Source: an uncultured Pseudomonadota bacterium (lineage in GTDB: Bacteria; Oederibacteriota; Muellerivitia; Muellerivitales; Muellerivitaceae). From it: 64,000 bases of DNA. The stretch lies in assembly GCA_963836235.1 (NCBI GenBank), contig CAWIIP010000004.1:768001-832000 (forward strand). Direction: 5' to 3'. Position 1 is the stretch's first letter. The number at the start of each line of letters is the position of its first letter. The position numbers and the translations under genes are program-made. Under the pieces are notes generated by a model. That model saw only the letters and a list, made by a program, of their open reading frames with translations, did not search any database and was not told the DNA's origin. Shown here piece by piece: positions 19,291 through 28,543 of the stretch.

Positions 19291-20625
19291 ATGAAATCAC
19301 CCATCCGGTTTGTGCTTGCAGCTGTTTTAATTGCCTTCTTGTTCGTTTGCTTTATCTGGAGTTTAAATTTAATTGGCTGGAAGGGGCCTTTGCTTCTTTT
19401 GGCTGGGGCCATTCTCGGTTCTGGCGTTCTTCGGATTTTCTCGGCCGATAAAAACTCTACTGGAACTATTCAAACTCTTCGAAAAGACGAAGAAAGAGAA
19501 AAAAAAATTCTCTCTACCCCTCTGGATGATAAGCGGGATATTTATATTCCAGGGCGAAATTTCGAGGAAATGCTGGAGCGCCTGGGCACCAATGAATCCA
19601 TGCTGAATGTTATCCTGAACAGCATGGGCGAAAGCGTGCTTCTTTTAAACCAGGCCGACCGTGTCGTTCTCATGAACCCGGCGGCGGAAAATATCCTGGG
19701 AAGGACCAAGAAGGAAAATATTGGCAAGCATTATTTGGAGGTCGTCCGTAATCCAATCCTGGCCGATCTCTTGTCTCGATCCAAGAAGGACGGATTGTCC
19801 AGCGGTGAAATTGATTTTGCGGTAGGCAAAGAGGAGAAAACTTTTGCCATCAGTGTGGCGGCTATCCGTGTGGAGAGAGAACACTTATTGGGGCAAATTG
19901 TGGTTCTTTCCGATATCACTTCGATAAAACGCCTGATGCGGATGAGGACTGAATTCGTGGCCAACGTTTCCCATGAACTTAAAACTCCATTGACGGCTAT
20001 TTTGGGGTATGTGGAGACTCTGATCGCAGGGGCTATCGACGATAAAAAAAATAGGGGTCTTTTTCTTCAAAAGATTTCGGACCAAGCCCAGAGACTGAAC
20101 GCACTCATTACGGATGTGTTGGAGCTTTCCCGGATTGAGAGTGGTATGTACATTAATTCCATGGAAACCGTGGATGTGGGGGAGGTTGCCCAACAGGCGG
20201 TTGAGCTTTTGAAGGCCAAGTGGGAAGCCAAAGAGATTGACCTGCGGCAGGAAGTTCCCGCCGGGACTAAGGTGTTAGCCCATCGAGAAGGAGTATTTCA
20301 CGTGATTGAAAATCTCTTGGATAACGCAGTCAAGTATTCCCCTCGGCAAAGCGGGATCCGTATTTATTCCAAGTCCATTGGAGATGGCAAAGTAGAATTG
20401 TCTGTCGAAGACAATGGTTCGGGCATTCCACTTGAGGCAAGATCCCGTGTTTTTGAGCGGTTTTTCCGCGTGGATGTTTCGCGTAGTCGTGAGGCCGGGG
20501 GGACAGGTCTTGGACTTTCAATCGTTAAGCATCTTGTTGAAAAAATGAACGGAGAGGTCTTTCTTGAGAGTGAGGAAGGAAAGGGTAGTACCTTCACGGT
20601 GGTTTTTGCGGGTATCTCTCAATAA
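19291..20625 (+). CDS. phoR: PhoR sensor histidine kinase
   Basis: Two TM, PAS, FVANVSHELKTPLT, NAVKY, FERFFRVD.SRSRE.GGTGLGLSIVKH. Confidence 0.9.
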   Translation: MKSPIRFVLAAVLIAFLFVCFIWSLNLIGWKGPLLLLAGAILGSGVLRIFSADKNSTGTIQTLRKDEEREKKILSTPLDDKRDIYIPGRNFEEMLERLGTNESMLNVILNSMGESVLLLNQADRVVLMNPAAENILGRTKKENIGKHYLEVVRNPILADLLSRSKKDGLSSGEIDFAVGKEEKTFAISVAAIRVEREHLLGQIVVLSDITSIKRLMRMRTEFVANVSHELKTPLTAILGYVETLIAGAIDDKKNRGLFLQKISDQAQRLNALITDVLELSRIESGMYINSMETVDVGEVAQQAVELLKAKWEAKEIDLRQEVPAGTKVLAHREGVFHVIENLLDNAVKYSPRQSGIRIYSKSIGDGKVELSVEDNGSGIPLEARSRVFERFFRVDVSRSREAGGTGLGLSIVKHLVEKMNGEVFLESEEGKGSTFTVVFAGISQ

Positions 20626-20825
20626 AAGTTCTGTAGTTTTTTTTGAGTGCATTTTTTAAAAATATAATTAGTATTAAATGGAATATTTTACGTAATTCTC
20701 AAAAATCCAAGGCCACCTGAAAATGTAGCGTTTCTGAATCATGATGGAAGTTGTTAAAATCGATTTGAGTCAATCTTCGGGTACTATCGCTTAAGATAAA
20801 CAACTATATAAATGAGGATGGACCT

Positions 20826-21425
20826 ATGTATTTTCTTTTTGAGGGCGCCAGCCTAAAAATCGCTAAAAATCTGATTCAAGTTACCGGCGTCCAAGAAACT
20901 TTGAAGTTATTTCAGCAAAAAAACATTTCAAATGTAGGGATGGGAGAATTGCTCGTTCAAGTTTTGGCTCTTAATGCCTGTAACTTAGTGCAGACTATGA
21001 AAGAAAATTTCATTGATAAGGAAATCGACCCGGAGGATCAGCAGGATATCGCCGATGATTACGTGGTAGAAAATCTTCGGATGCTGGGCCTGATCAATAT
21101 AAGGGATGGAGCTGATCTTATGGATAAATGTCAGGATATCCTGGGCATTGCCGAAAAGCTACGTGTTTATTGGACGAGCGAGGATGATCCGAAGGGTCCC
21201 GGACCGCGCTATTATTGCGTGAAAGACGTTCTTCGACGCTTGGGGAATGAAAAAAATCTTGAACTGCACGACGCTCTATTCGAGTTTATGTACACGCAAC
21301 ACAAACATTTTATTCATTATTTTAGGACGCTTTTAGATCCGATCGATCCACCTATGGCGCTTGATGCTCATTCGCCCGCGTCTGTCGAAACACTGATTCC
21401 CTCAAACCCGCCTGTGGCCGAATAG
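20826..21425 (+). CDS. Hypothetical protein
   Basis: 199-aa ORF with GAGG/GGA upstream, no competing ORF; no motif. Confidence 0.65.
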   Translation: MYFLFEGASLKIAKNLIQVTGVQETLKLFQQKNISNVGMGELLVQVLALNACNLVQTMKENFIDKEIDPEDQQDIADDYVVENLRMLGLINIRDGADLMDKCQDILGIAEKLRVYWTSEDDPKGPGPRYYCVKDVLRRLGNEKNLELHDALFEFMYTQHKHFIHYFRTLLDPIDPPMALDAHSPASVETLIPSNPPVAE

Positions 21426-21622
21426 GTTTAATCTTTTACAAATTCGTTATCGTTTCGAAGAAACTAAAAAGATTCTAAAATTATTTTATAGATAGTTAGG
21501 AAGGAGCTCGCGACTCAGTTGATCCCAAGGAAATGCATCATTCACCACACTCATGTTTTGAAGATTCATCAGAGCGAAAAATGAAAAGCCGTTAATTTTT
21601 CAGACTTTAGCTTTTGATTATC

Positions 21623-22423
21623 TTAAGTAGTGGTTTTTTCACTCGTCGTTTCCGGAACCGTGATTTGCTTTTCTGAAATAGTTGGAGAAAATTCCCTGAT
21701 TTGAGAAACTGCGGTTTTCTCCGACTTTTCACTTGCGGCGATTAATATTTTTTCAACCCGAGCCCTTATTTCCTTGGCGATGGAAACGGGAGAACGGCTT
21801 CCGGCGATGCTGTAAAATCCATATTCCCGTTGAAGCGTTTGGAAGACTTTGTGCAAACGGTTTTGATATTTGATGAAGTTGTCATACATGCCGCCCACAC
21901 GTTGTATATCCATGCCCGATTCCCAGTAATCCAGAAAGCCTCTTTTTTGGAAGTTACGTTCGGCAAGAATTTTAGGGCTGGTGTTCAAGTAGAAAACCGC
22001 GTCAGGGACTAGGGCAAAACCATAAATCTCCTTTAGCCAATCCATGGAAGAACCACGAACGATATCCCGGGCCATAAGGGTGTAGATATAACGATCCGCC
22101 AAGACCACAAAGCCCGCTTTTAAAGAAGGGATGATGACTCTTTCCAATTGGTCGGCAAAGTCGGTAGCATAAAAGAGGTTCAGGGTCAGGGCGTTTAAAG
22201 TATTGCCTTTCATGGCCTCGGCCAAGGCTTCTCCGACTAGTTCGGAACGCTTCAAGCCAACCATGACGGTGGGAAAGCCCTTGCGTTCCAACCAGTTTTG
22301 AAGGAAACCGATTTGCGTGGAACGTCCAGCGCCGTCGGAACCTTCGATCACAATCAATGTGCCCTTCAATTGCGTCAGGTCGACGTTTGGTAAGCCTTTT
22401 CCGTAATAGCGTTTGATTTTCAT
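21623..22423 (-). CDS. Thymidylate-kinase-like protein, variant P-loop
   Basis: IVIEGSDGAGRST (Lys to Arg), LFYATDFAD, VLADRY; overlaps the upstream paralogue by 4 bp. Confidence 0.85.
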   Translation of the reverse strand: MKIKRYYGKGLPNVDLTQLKGTLIVIEGSDGAGRSTQIGFLQNWLERKGFPTVMVGLKRSELVGEALAEAMKGNTLNALTLNLFYATDFADQLERVIIPSLKAGFVVLADRYIYTLMARDIVRGSSMDWLKEIYGFALVPDAVFYLNTSPKILAERNFQKRGFLDYWESGMDIQRVGGMYDNFIKYQNRLHKVFQTLQREYGFYSIAGSRSPVSIAKEIRARVEKILIAASEKSEKTAVSQIREFSPTISEKQITVPETTSEKTTT

Positions 22424-23115
22424 GAATGCACCCCGCGTTTCAGTTTAAACTTTTTCAAGTCGATGAGCTTTTTCACGATGTCCCGCATTTTCGCCTGTTG
22501 TTCCTCAGAGGGTTCACAGGCGTTCACTCGTTCGGCCGGGAATTCCTTGAATATTCGGCCATACTCCTCGTAAATCTTTCCCTGGAAAATCCGGAAAGAT
22601 TCATAAGGGTCTTTAGAAAAACCCATATCCATGCCAGCTTCGTGGAATTTAAGGGCGGGACGGCCTTCCAGGATGCGGCCCAAGGCTACTTCAAGTGGCA
22701 ACTCGAAAAAGAAAGTGATGTCGGGTTTTCGGGCGAAACGGTAGAGCTTTCTCAGCCAGTCCCGATCGCATCCCCGCACCGAATCCCGAGCATAGGCGGT
22801 ATAAACATAACGATCGGCCAGAACCATGTAACCGCCCTTGAGAAGCGGAAGAATCTGTCGTTCATAGCGGTCGGCGAAATCGGTAGCGTGAATTAATGAA
22901 AAGGTGGTGGGGGTCAAAAGCTTTTTCTTTTTCCCTTTACGAGTGGCCTTTCTCACCAATTCAGAGGAGTTCCATTCGGTGAAAAAAACCTTGTACCCTT
23001 CCAATTCCAGCCAGCGTTTCAGAAGACGTATCTGCGTGGATTTGCCTGAACCATCCAGGCCTTCAACCGCAATAAGCTTGCCCTCGATCTCTTTGGGCGT
23101 TTTTATTTTTACCAT
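22420..23115 (-). CDS. Thymidylate-kinase-like protein, intact P-loop
   Basis: AVEGLDGSGKST, LIHATDFAD, VLADRY; basic patch RKATRKGKKKK. Confidence 0.88.
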   Translation of the reverse strand: MVKIKTPKEIEGKLIAVEGLDGSGKSTQIRLLKRWLELEGYKVFFTEWNSSELVRKATRKGKKKKLLTPTTFSLIHATDFADRYERQILPLLKGGYMVLADRYVYTAYARDSVRGCDRDWLRKLYRFARKPDITFFFELPLEVALGRILEGRPALKFHEAGMDMGFSKDPYESFRIFQGKIYEEYGRIFKEFPAERVNACEPSEEQQAKMRDIVKKLIDLKKFKLKRGVHS

Positions 23116-23119
23116 GCAG

Positions 23120-24631
23120 TTAACTCCTCACGGAAAATTTGATTTTATAGATTTTTTCGAACATGTCGCATTTTTTCAAAAGGGCCCAGCGTTCCAACAA
23201 GAGGTCGCCTTGCCCGATCATCTTTATTGAGAAGTGGGGCCGTTTGAACTGTGTGCGGAATCCCTGTACCCGGCTGGAGTGGTCGTGGTCCATGGCATCC
23301 GCCACTCGCAATAAAGCCGCAAGCTTGCTGACGATCAGCTTTTCTCTTGGTTGGAGGAGGCGATAGTTTTCATGTGTGGCCTTGGGCATTGCCTTGCGAT
23401 GGTATCGGGAGATATTGGCGATCACTTCTACCTGGGTGGGTTGGAGACCGATCAAGGATGAGGCCTTGATTAAGTAATAAGAATGTTTGTGGTGGGCGGC
23501 GTAATTGACAAACTGTCCAATGTCATGCAGTCGGGCGGCCGCTTCTAAAAGAAGCTTGTTTTCGTCCCCTAACCGGTGGAGTTTTTTTGTCTTGTCAAAA
23601 AGCTCCAGAGCCAATTTCGCTACGGTATTAGCATGAGGCTCGTCGTAAGAATACTTTAGACCGATACGTCGAATGGAAGTCATCACCTCGTCCCGGTGCT
23701 GAGGCGGCTTTCCGGTCAAAAGTTCAGACACCATATCGATCAAGAGCCCTTCCTTGACACCCACGTTAGGGATATAGACCCGGCTAGAATGACTGACTTC
23801 CATAATTTGTCTTAATGCGGTGGCTGCTGGTACGATGACGTCCGCCCGGTCGGGTCTTAGTCCTAACCGGGTGATACGGTCGTCGTAGGATATCTTTCGG
23901 ATTCTGGAAAGAATGGTGTCCAATTCAGAACGAGTGACGAAGTTGCTGTCTTTTTTGTGGAGAAGTTGCGCTTTCAAAAGGAGGAGGGTATCCAAATTGC
24001 CGCCGGTACCGATGCAAAGATCGACCTTTTCACCGGCAAGCTTTTGGTTGAAACGCTTTCGGGCCGCCTCGACGTATTCCTGGACCATTAGATTGAATTT
24101 TTCCTCGCCGTACTTCTGGCGTTCTAAAACCTGCAACAATCTCACGGCCCCCATTTGAAAGCTTTCGGTCGCGAGTATTCTTCCGTTGCGGGCGAGGGTG
24201 ATTTCCACGCTTCCACCGCCAATATCCACCAGCATGGCGGTCTTGGCTTCCAATGGGATTTTTTTGGAAACGGCGAGGTAGACCAATAGAGCTTCTTCCT
24301 CGGCGGTGATGGTTTTAAGCTCAATGCCAGTAGCCTGAAATATTTTTTTGATGAAGATATCCCGGTTTTGGGATTCCCGCAGGGCGCTCGTGGCGACCGC
24401 CCGGGTTTTCAGGACATGGTGTTGTTCAATGACTTCCTTGAAACGAGTAAAAGCCTCGATGGATCGGCGGGTGGTTTCCTTCGAAATGGAACCTTTGGTG
24501 AAAACATCCATTCCCAGACGCACGGGCTCACGCATATCCTCCACCACGTGGAGCTTACGGTTGTGGTCCATGAAACCAATGGCCAGTCGCATAGCATTAG
24601 AACCCACATCAATGGCGCATAAAGTCGGCAT
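23120..24631 (-). CDS. ppx: Exopolyphosphatase Ppx/GppA with C-terminal HD domain
   Basis: AIDVGSN, ATSALRE, DIGGGSVE, RADVI, LHDIG, HHKHS; start placed at MPTLC. Confidence 0.92.
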   Translation of the reverse strand: MPTLCAIDVGSNAMRLAIGFMDHNRKLHVVEDMREPVRLGMDVFTKGSISKETTRRSIEAFTRFKEVIEQHHVLKTRAVATSALRESQNRDIFIKKIFQATGIELKTITAEEEALLVYLAVSKKIPLEAKTAMLVDIGGGSVEITLARNGRILATESFQMGAVRLLQVLERQKYGEEKFNLMVQEYVEAARKRFNQKLAGEKVDLCIGTGGNLDTLLLLKAQLLHKKDSNFVTRSELDTILSRIRKISYDDRITRLGLRPDRADVIVPAATALRQIMEVSHSSRVYIPNVGVKEGLLIDMVSELLTGKPPQHRDEVMTSIRRIGLKYSYDEPHANTVAKLALELFDKTKKLHRLGDENKLLLEAAARLHDIGQFVNYAAHHKHSYYLIKASSLIGLQPTQVEVIANISRYHRKAMPKATHENYRLLQPREKLIVSKLAALLRVADAMDHDHSSRVQGFRTQFKRPHFSIKMIGQGDLLLERWALLKKCDMFEKIYKIKFSVRS

Positions 24632-24827
24632 TTCAAACCAGCTTTCAATAATCAACCCTGTTGGGGGGTTGGTAGGGGTAAAGCTAAACTTTTAGATTTT
24701 TTAGAACTATTTTGGCCTACTCAAAAAGGGCCTCATTTTATCAGTCTTTTTCCCTTTTCAAAGAGTTCCAATGTTAAATCTCTAGCTTTTAGCGGGGTTA
24801 ATGGTGAAACGCGCTTTTTGCCAATTC

Positions 24828-24855
24828 TTAATAGGTGTTTTACATGGCTGAAACA
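24828..24855 (+). promoter_or_regulatory. Pho-box-like repeat upstream of the PAP2 gene
   Basis: TTAATA, TTTACA, GAAACA at 24828, 24839, 24850 (11-bp period). Confidence 0.5.
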
Positions 24856-24895
24856 GTCTTGCCCTACCTTCAAGTCAATAAAAAGGAGTATAGGC

Positions 24896-25444
24896 ATGGC
24901 TCAAGGCTTGATACAACAAGTCACCCAATGGGACGACCGACTCTTCGGGATGATTTTCGGGAATGTCCAAAGAAAAATGTGGAAGAAGTTTTTTTATGTT
25001 CTTTCTCGAAGCGCGGAAAGCTACTCTTGCGCTGTGATGGGCTTGGCTTGGGTGGTAATAAATCCCAAGACTATTCCCTATGTTGTGGCCGGTGTCTTGG
25101 CCTTCACACTGGAATTGACTCTTTATTATGTTCTCAAAAAAAATATCAAAAGGCCTCGTCCCTTCATGAAACACCAAGGGATACAATACCTTATCATGCC
25201 GCCCGATGAATTTAGCTTCCCATCCGGCCATACCGCCGCTGCTTTTCTTATGGCAACTCTCATTTCCACAGCCGTTCCGATTCTGATCGCGCCGTTTTTA
25301 ATTTGGGCTTGTTTAGTGGGATTTTCTAGAGTTTATCTAGGGGTGCATTATCCAACCGACGTTTTGGCAGGGATGTTGTTGGGTGTCTCTAGCGCTCAAA
25401 CAGGATTATTCCTCCTTCACTATATCCTAGGTTTTAACATTTAG
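24896..25444 (+). CDS. PAP2-family membrane phosphatase
   Basis: K....RPRP, SFPSGH, SRVYLGVHYPTDV; start moved to ATG after AAGGAG. Confidence 0.92.
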   Translation: MAQGLIQQVTQWDDRLFGMIFGNVQRKMWKKFFYVLSRSAESYSCAVMGLAWVVINPKTIPYVVAGVLAFTLELTLYYVLKKNIKRPRPFMKHQGIQYLIMPPDEFSFPSGHTAAAFLMATLISTAVPILIAPFLIWACLVGFSRVYLGVHYPTDVLAGMLLGVSSAQTGLFLLHYILGFNI

Positions 25445-25524
25445 CTTTTTTAACCCTATTTTTGTCCCCGCATTTTTGGAACTTTAAAAAGGGATTTGAT
25501 TTACGCTGGGTTTAATGGAATTTT

Positions 25525-25734
25525 ATGAAAAAAAGAAAAACTGTTTTCAAGGAAGTGAAGAGAACTTTCCTTAAATCGGGTCACAAAAACCAACCCAAGA
25601 AGAAAAAATTCCTTGAAGATGTTTTTGCTTTTCGCTGGCTTAAAAAAGCTATGGTGGGGAAGACTCAAGAGGAATCGTTGGATCTTTTGGACCAGTGGAT
25701 TCTTAAAAAGAAGACATTGACTCTTTTCTTTTAA
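25525..25734 (+). CDS. Small basic hypothetical protein
   Basis: 69-aa Lys-rich ORF in an AT-rich gap; weak RBS. Confidence 0.3.
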   Translation: MKKRKTVFKEVKRTFLKSGHKNQPKKKKFLEDVFAFRWLKKAMVGKTQEESLDLLDQWILKKKTLTLFF

Positions 25735-25787
25735 TAATTTTGATCATTAATTTTCTTTTGATTTGAGTTGTTAAAACCCGGTCAAAG

Positions 25788-25804
25788 TTAACTCGGATTT
25801 AACA
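25788..25804 (+). promoter_or_regulatory. Pho-box-like repeat upstream of the porin gene
   Basis: TTAACT-CGGAT-TTAACA, 11-bp period. Confidence 0.65.
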
Positions 25805-25963
25805 TGGTTGAAATGTTTCGCGTAGACCCCACCTATAGACTTCCGCACGAATTTCTTCCGATTCGGTTTTTCTACATCCCTCGACACCCCGCTGTTCCAG
25901 TACAGGAAACCGAAGAACCCGAATCGGGGAAAAGTTGTACAAATTAAGTTTTAAGGAGAGGTT

Positions 25964-27307
25964 ATGAAACGCATTTGGTTGTTGGTGCTTTTGATGGCCG
26001 GGTCGCTGGTAGCCCTGAAGGCTCCGGTCTTCGCCGATGAAACTAGTACGGATGCGATGGAGGACGTGAATTCGGCCCTCGGCGCTTTGTCTAATCGTGT
26101 CAATACGCTGGAAAAGAAGGGCCCGTCGGTTGAAGTCCATGGTTTTGCGGAATTGGACTACATTTTTGACGATACCATCATGGGATTGGGAACGGAAACC
26201 ATTGGCTCAACCGCCCAAATTCCACATGCGGGTGGATATCAACAAAACAATGGGCAAGCTCAATTTTCAGCCCGTAACAGCCGTCTTGATGCTTTGTCCA
26301 AAGTGACGGTGGATGGTTGGGATACCAAGGGCTATGTGGAGGGTGACTTTTTTGGAGTTACCAACACGGCTGAAAATAAGGAATTTACGCAACCAACTTT
26401 CCGTCTCCGTCATGCCTACATGGAAGCTCAAAAAGATGGATGGGACATCATGGCTGGCCAATGGTGGACTCTTTTTGGTTGGAACTCGGACAACGTTCTT
26501 GCAACTGTTGACGATGCTCCGATCATGGGAACGATTTATGAGAGAACACCTAGACTTGGTTTGATGAAGACCTTTGGGGATGATTTTCAAACCCAAATAG
26601 CCGTTGACGCCGAGCGTCCAGAAGAGGCTTTTTCTACGATTCCCAATTTCAACGGCGGTATTCGGTTTAAGTTGAACGATTGGCAGTCTCAGTTTGCTTA
26701 CGCTACAGGCGGGTCCAAGCTCGTTCCTTTGAGCGTTGGTATTTCTGGAACCTTCCGCAATTATTCATATTTGCCTACCGGCAAAATTGATTTTGCTGAT
26801 GTGTCTTCTGGGGGAGTCGCGGTCGATGCTCAAATCCCCGTTCTCACGGCTACTAGCGCTAATGTAAAAGATAATCCTACTCTTATTCTTACCGGAGAGT
26901 GGATGGTTGGAAAAGGAGTGGCCGATGCTTTGAATGGTTGGAGTGGTGGTGGATCTGCTAGCCCCGCCGCTTATCAAGGTTTAGATGCGGGCATTATTGG
27001 TACTGATGGTCAGGTGCAAGGATTATTAATCGATGATCAGAGCTGGAATGCCCAGTTGCAGTTTCATATGCCGCAGTCCGTTGGGACTTACTTGACCTTT
27101 GGATACGGCGAAGTCTATTCGGATAATAACAGGCTTATGACAGGTTCGACCTATAACGACGATAACGGCTTATTTGTTAACGTTGTCCAAGACTTCACGG
27201 ACAACGTTCGTGCCGGCATCGAGTGGTCACGGTATCAGGACAATTATTTGAACAACAATTACGGAGTTGACCACCGTCTGCAATTGTCCACTTGGTACCG
27301 TTTCTAA
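25964..27307 (+). CDS. Outer-membrane porin, DcaP-like, probably phosphate-related
   Basis: Signal peptide, short coiled coil, NSRL, YVEGDF, FRLRHAY, AGQWW, C-terminal YRF; directly before pstS. Confidence 0.75.
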   Translation: MKRIWLLVLLMAGSLVALKAPVFADETSTDAMEDVNSALGALSNRVNTLEKKGPSVEVHGFAELDYIFDDTIMGLGTETIGSTAQIPHAGGYQQNNGQAQFSARNSRLDALSKVTVDGWDTKGYVEGDFFGVTNTAENKEFTQPTFRLRHAYMEAQKDGWDIMAGQWWTLFGWNSDNVLATVDDAPIMGTIYERTPRLGLMKTFGDDFQTQIAVDAERPEEAFSTIPNFNGGIRFKLNDWQSQFAYATGGSKLVPLSVGISGTFRNYSYLPTGKIDFADVSSGGVAVDAQIPVLTATSANVKDNPTLILTGEWMVGKGVADALNGWSGGGSASPAAYQGLDAGIIGTDGQVQGLLIDDQSWNAQLQFHMPQSVGTYLTFGYGEVYSDNNRLMTGSTYNDDNGLFVNVVQDFTDNVRAGIEWSRYQDNYLNNNYGVDHRLQLSTWYRF

Positions 27308-27356
27308 GTTAGTAAGGCTATCGGAGGTTTTTGACACGGTAGTTTGAATGCATCCC

Positions 27357-27397
27357 AAGGGGCCACCCGGTATTCAGGGAACCGGGGTTGGCCCCTT
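27357..27397 (+). terminator. GC-rich hairpin between porin and pstS
   Basis: AAGGGGCCA-CCCGGT...ACCGGG-GT-TGGCCCCTT; T-run is a few bases downstream. Confidence 0.5.
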
Positions 27398-27432
27398 CCT
27401 CCGCTTTTTGTGGAATTTGTCGGGGGAATTAC

Positions 27433-27449
27433 TTAACACACCTGTAACA
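27433..27449 (+). promoter_or_regulatory. Pho-box-like repeat upstream of pstS
   Basis: TTAACA-CACCT-GTAACA, 11-bp period. Confidence 0.72.
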
Positions 27450-27501
27450 ATTTAAAGTTCGATAAAAGCTTAAAATCAAACATGAAATTAGAGGAGATAA
27501 A

Positions 27502-28530
27502 ATGAAAAGTTTTAAACGTAGTTTAGCCGTTGCCCTTGTGGGTGCGGTTTTGGCGGGTACTCAGATTGCCCAAGCAGCCAGTGTTTCCCTCAATGGAGCC
27601 GGGGCTACATTTCCTTATCCCATTTATTCCAAATGGTTCTATGAGTACAACAAAAAAACTGGGGTTCAGGTCAACTACCAGTCCATTGGTTCGGGTGGTG
27701 GTGTTCAACAGTTCACCGCAAAGACGGTAGACTTCGGTGCCTCTGATGCCTTTTTGACCGATGATGAAACCCAGAAGGTCGACGGCAAAGTAATTCACCT
27801 GCCGACTGTCATTGGTTCTGAGCCAATTGTCTATAACGTTCCAGGCGTGGATTCAGGTCTAAAGCTGACTCCCGAAATTTTGGCTGGAATTTTTTTAGGG
27901 GATATTACCAAATGGAATGATCCGAAGATTGTTGAGATTAATGATGGAGTTACTCTTCCGGATTTGAACATTACGGTTGCACATCGTTCTGATGGAAGTG
28001 GGACAACCAATATCTTCACGAATTACTTAGCTAAGGTCAGCACCAAATGGGCGGCCAGTGCGGGTTGGGGTAAGGCCGTCAAATGGCCTGTTGGTGTGGG
28101 TGGCAAAGGCAACGAGGGAGTGGCAGGATTAGTCAAACAGATTCCTGGGACCATTGGTTATGTCGAATTGGCTTATGCCAAGCAAAATGGAATGGCAATG
28201 GCAAAGTTGAAAAACCGGGCAGGGAACTACATGGAAGCTTCGGTCGAATCAACGACTGCGGCAGCTGCGGGTGCATTGAAGAGAATGCCTGCGGATTTCA
28301 AAGTGATGATCACCGATGCTCCAGGTGAAAATGCTTATCCGATTAGTGGGTTCACTTGGTTGCTGATTCAACCGAAATATGATGACGCTGAAAAGGGAAA
28401 AGCCGTGGTGGATATGTTGAAGTGGATTTATTCCGACGGCCAAGCAATGGCCACGGACCTTTTCTATGCGCCTCTTCCGGCTTCTTTGATAGAAAAGATT
28501 AGCGCGAAGGTCGATGGGATTAAGTACTAA
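27502..28530 (+). CDS. pstS: Phosphate-binding protein PstS
   Basis: GAGATFP, YQSIGSGGG, DFGASD, HRSDGSGTT, GGKGNEGV. Confidence 0.96.
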   Translation: MKSFKRSLAVALVGAVLAGTQIAQAASVSLNGAGATFPYPIYSKWFYEYNKKTGVQVNYQSIGSGGGVQQFTAKTVDFGASDAFLTDDETQKVDGKVIHLPTVIGSEPIVYNVPGVDSGLKLTPEILAGIFLGDITKWNDPKIVEINDGVTLPDLNITVAHRSDGSGTTNIFTNYLAKVSTKWAASAGWGKAVKWPVGVGGKGNEGVAGLVKQIPGTIGYVELAYAKQNGMAMAKLKNRAGNYMEASVESTTAAAAGALKRMPADFKVMITDAPGENAYPISGFTWLLIQPKYDDAEKGKAVVDMLKWIYSDGQAMATDLFYAPLPASLIEKISAKVDGIKY

Positions 28531-28543
28531 CGGGTGGTGATTT

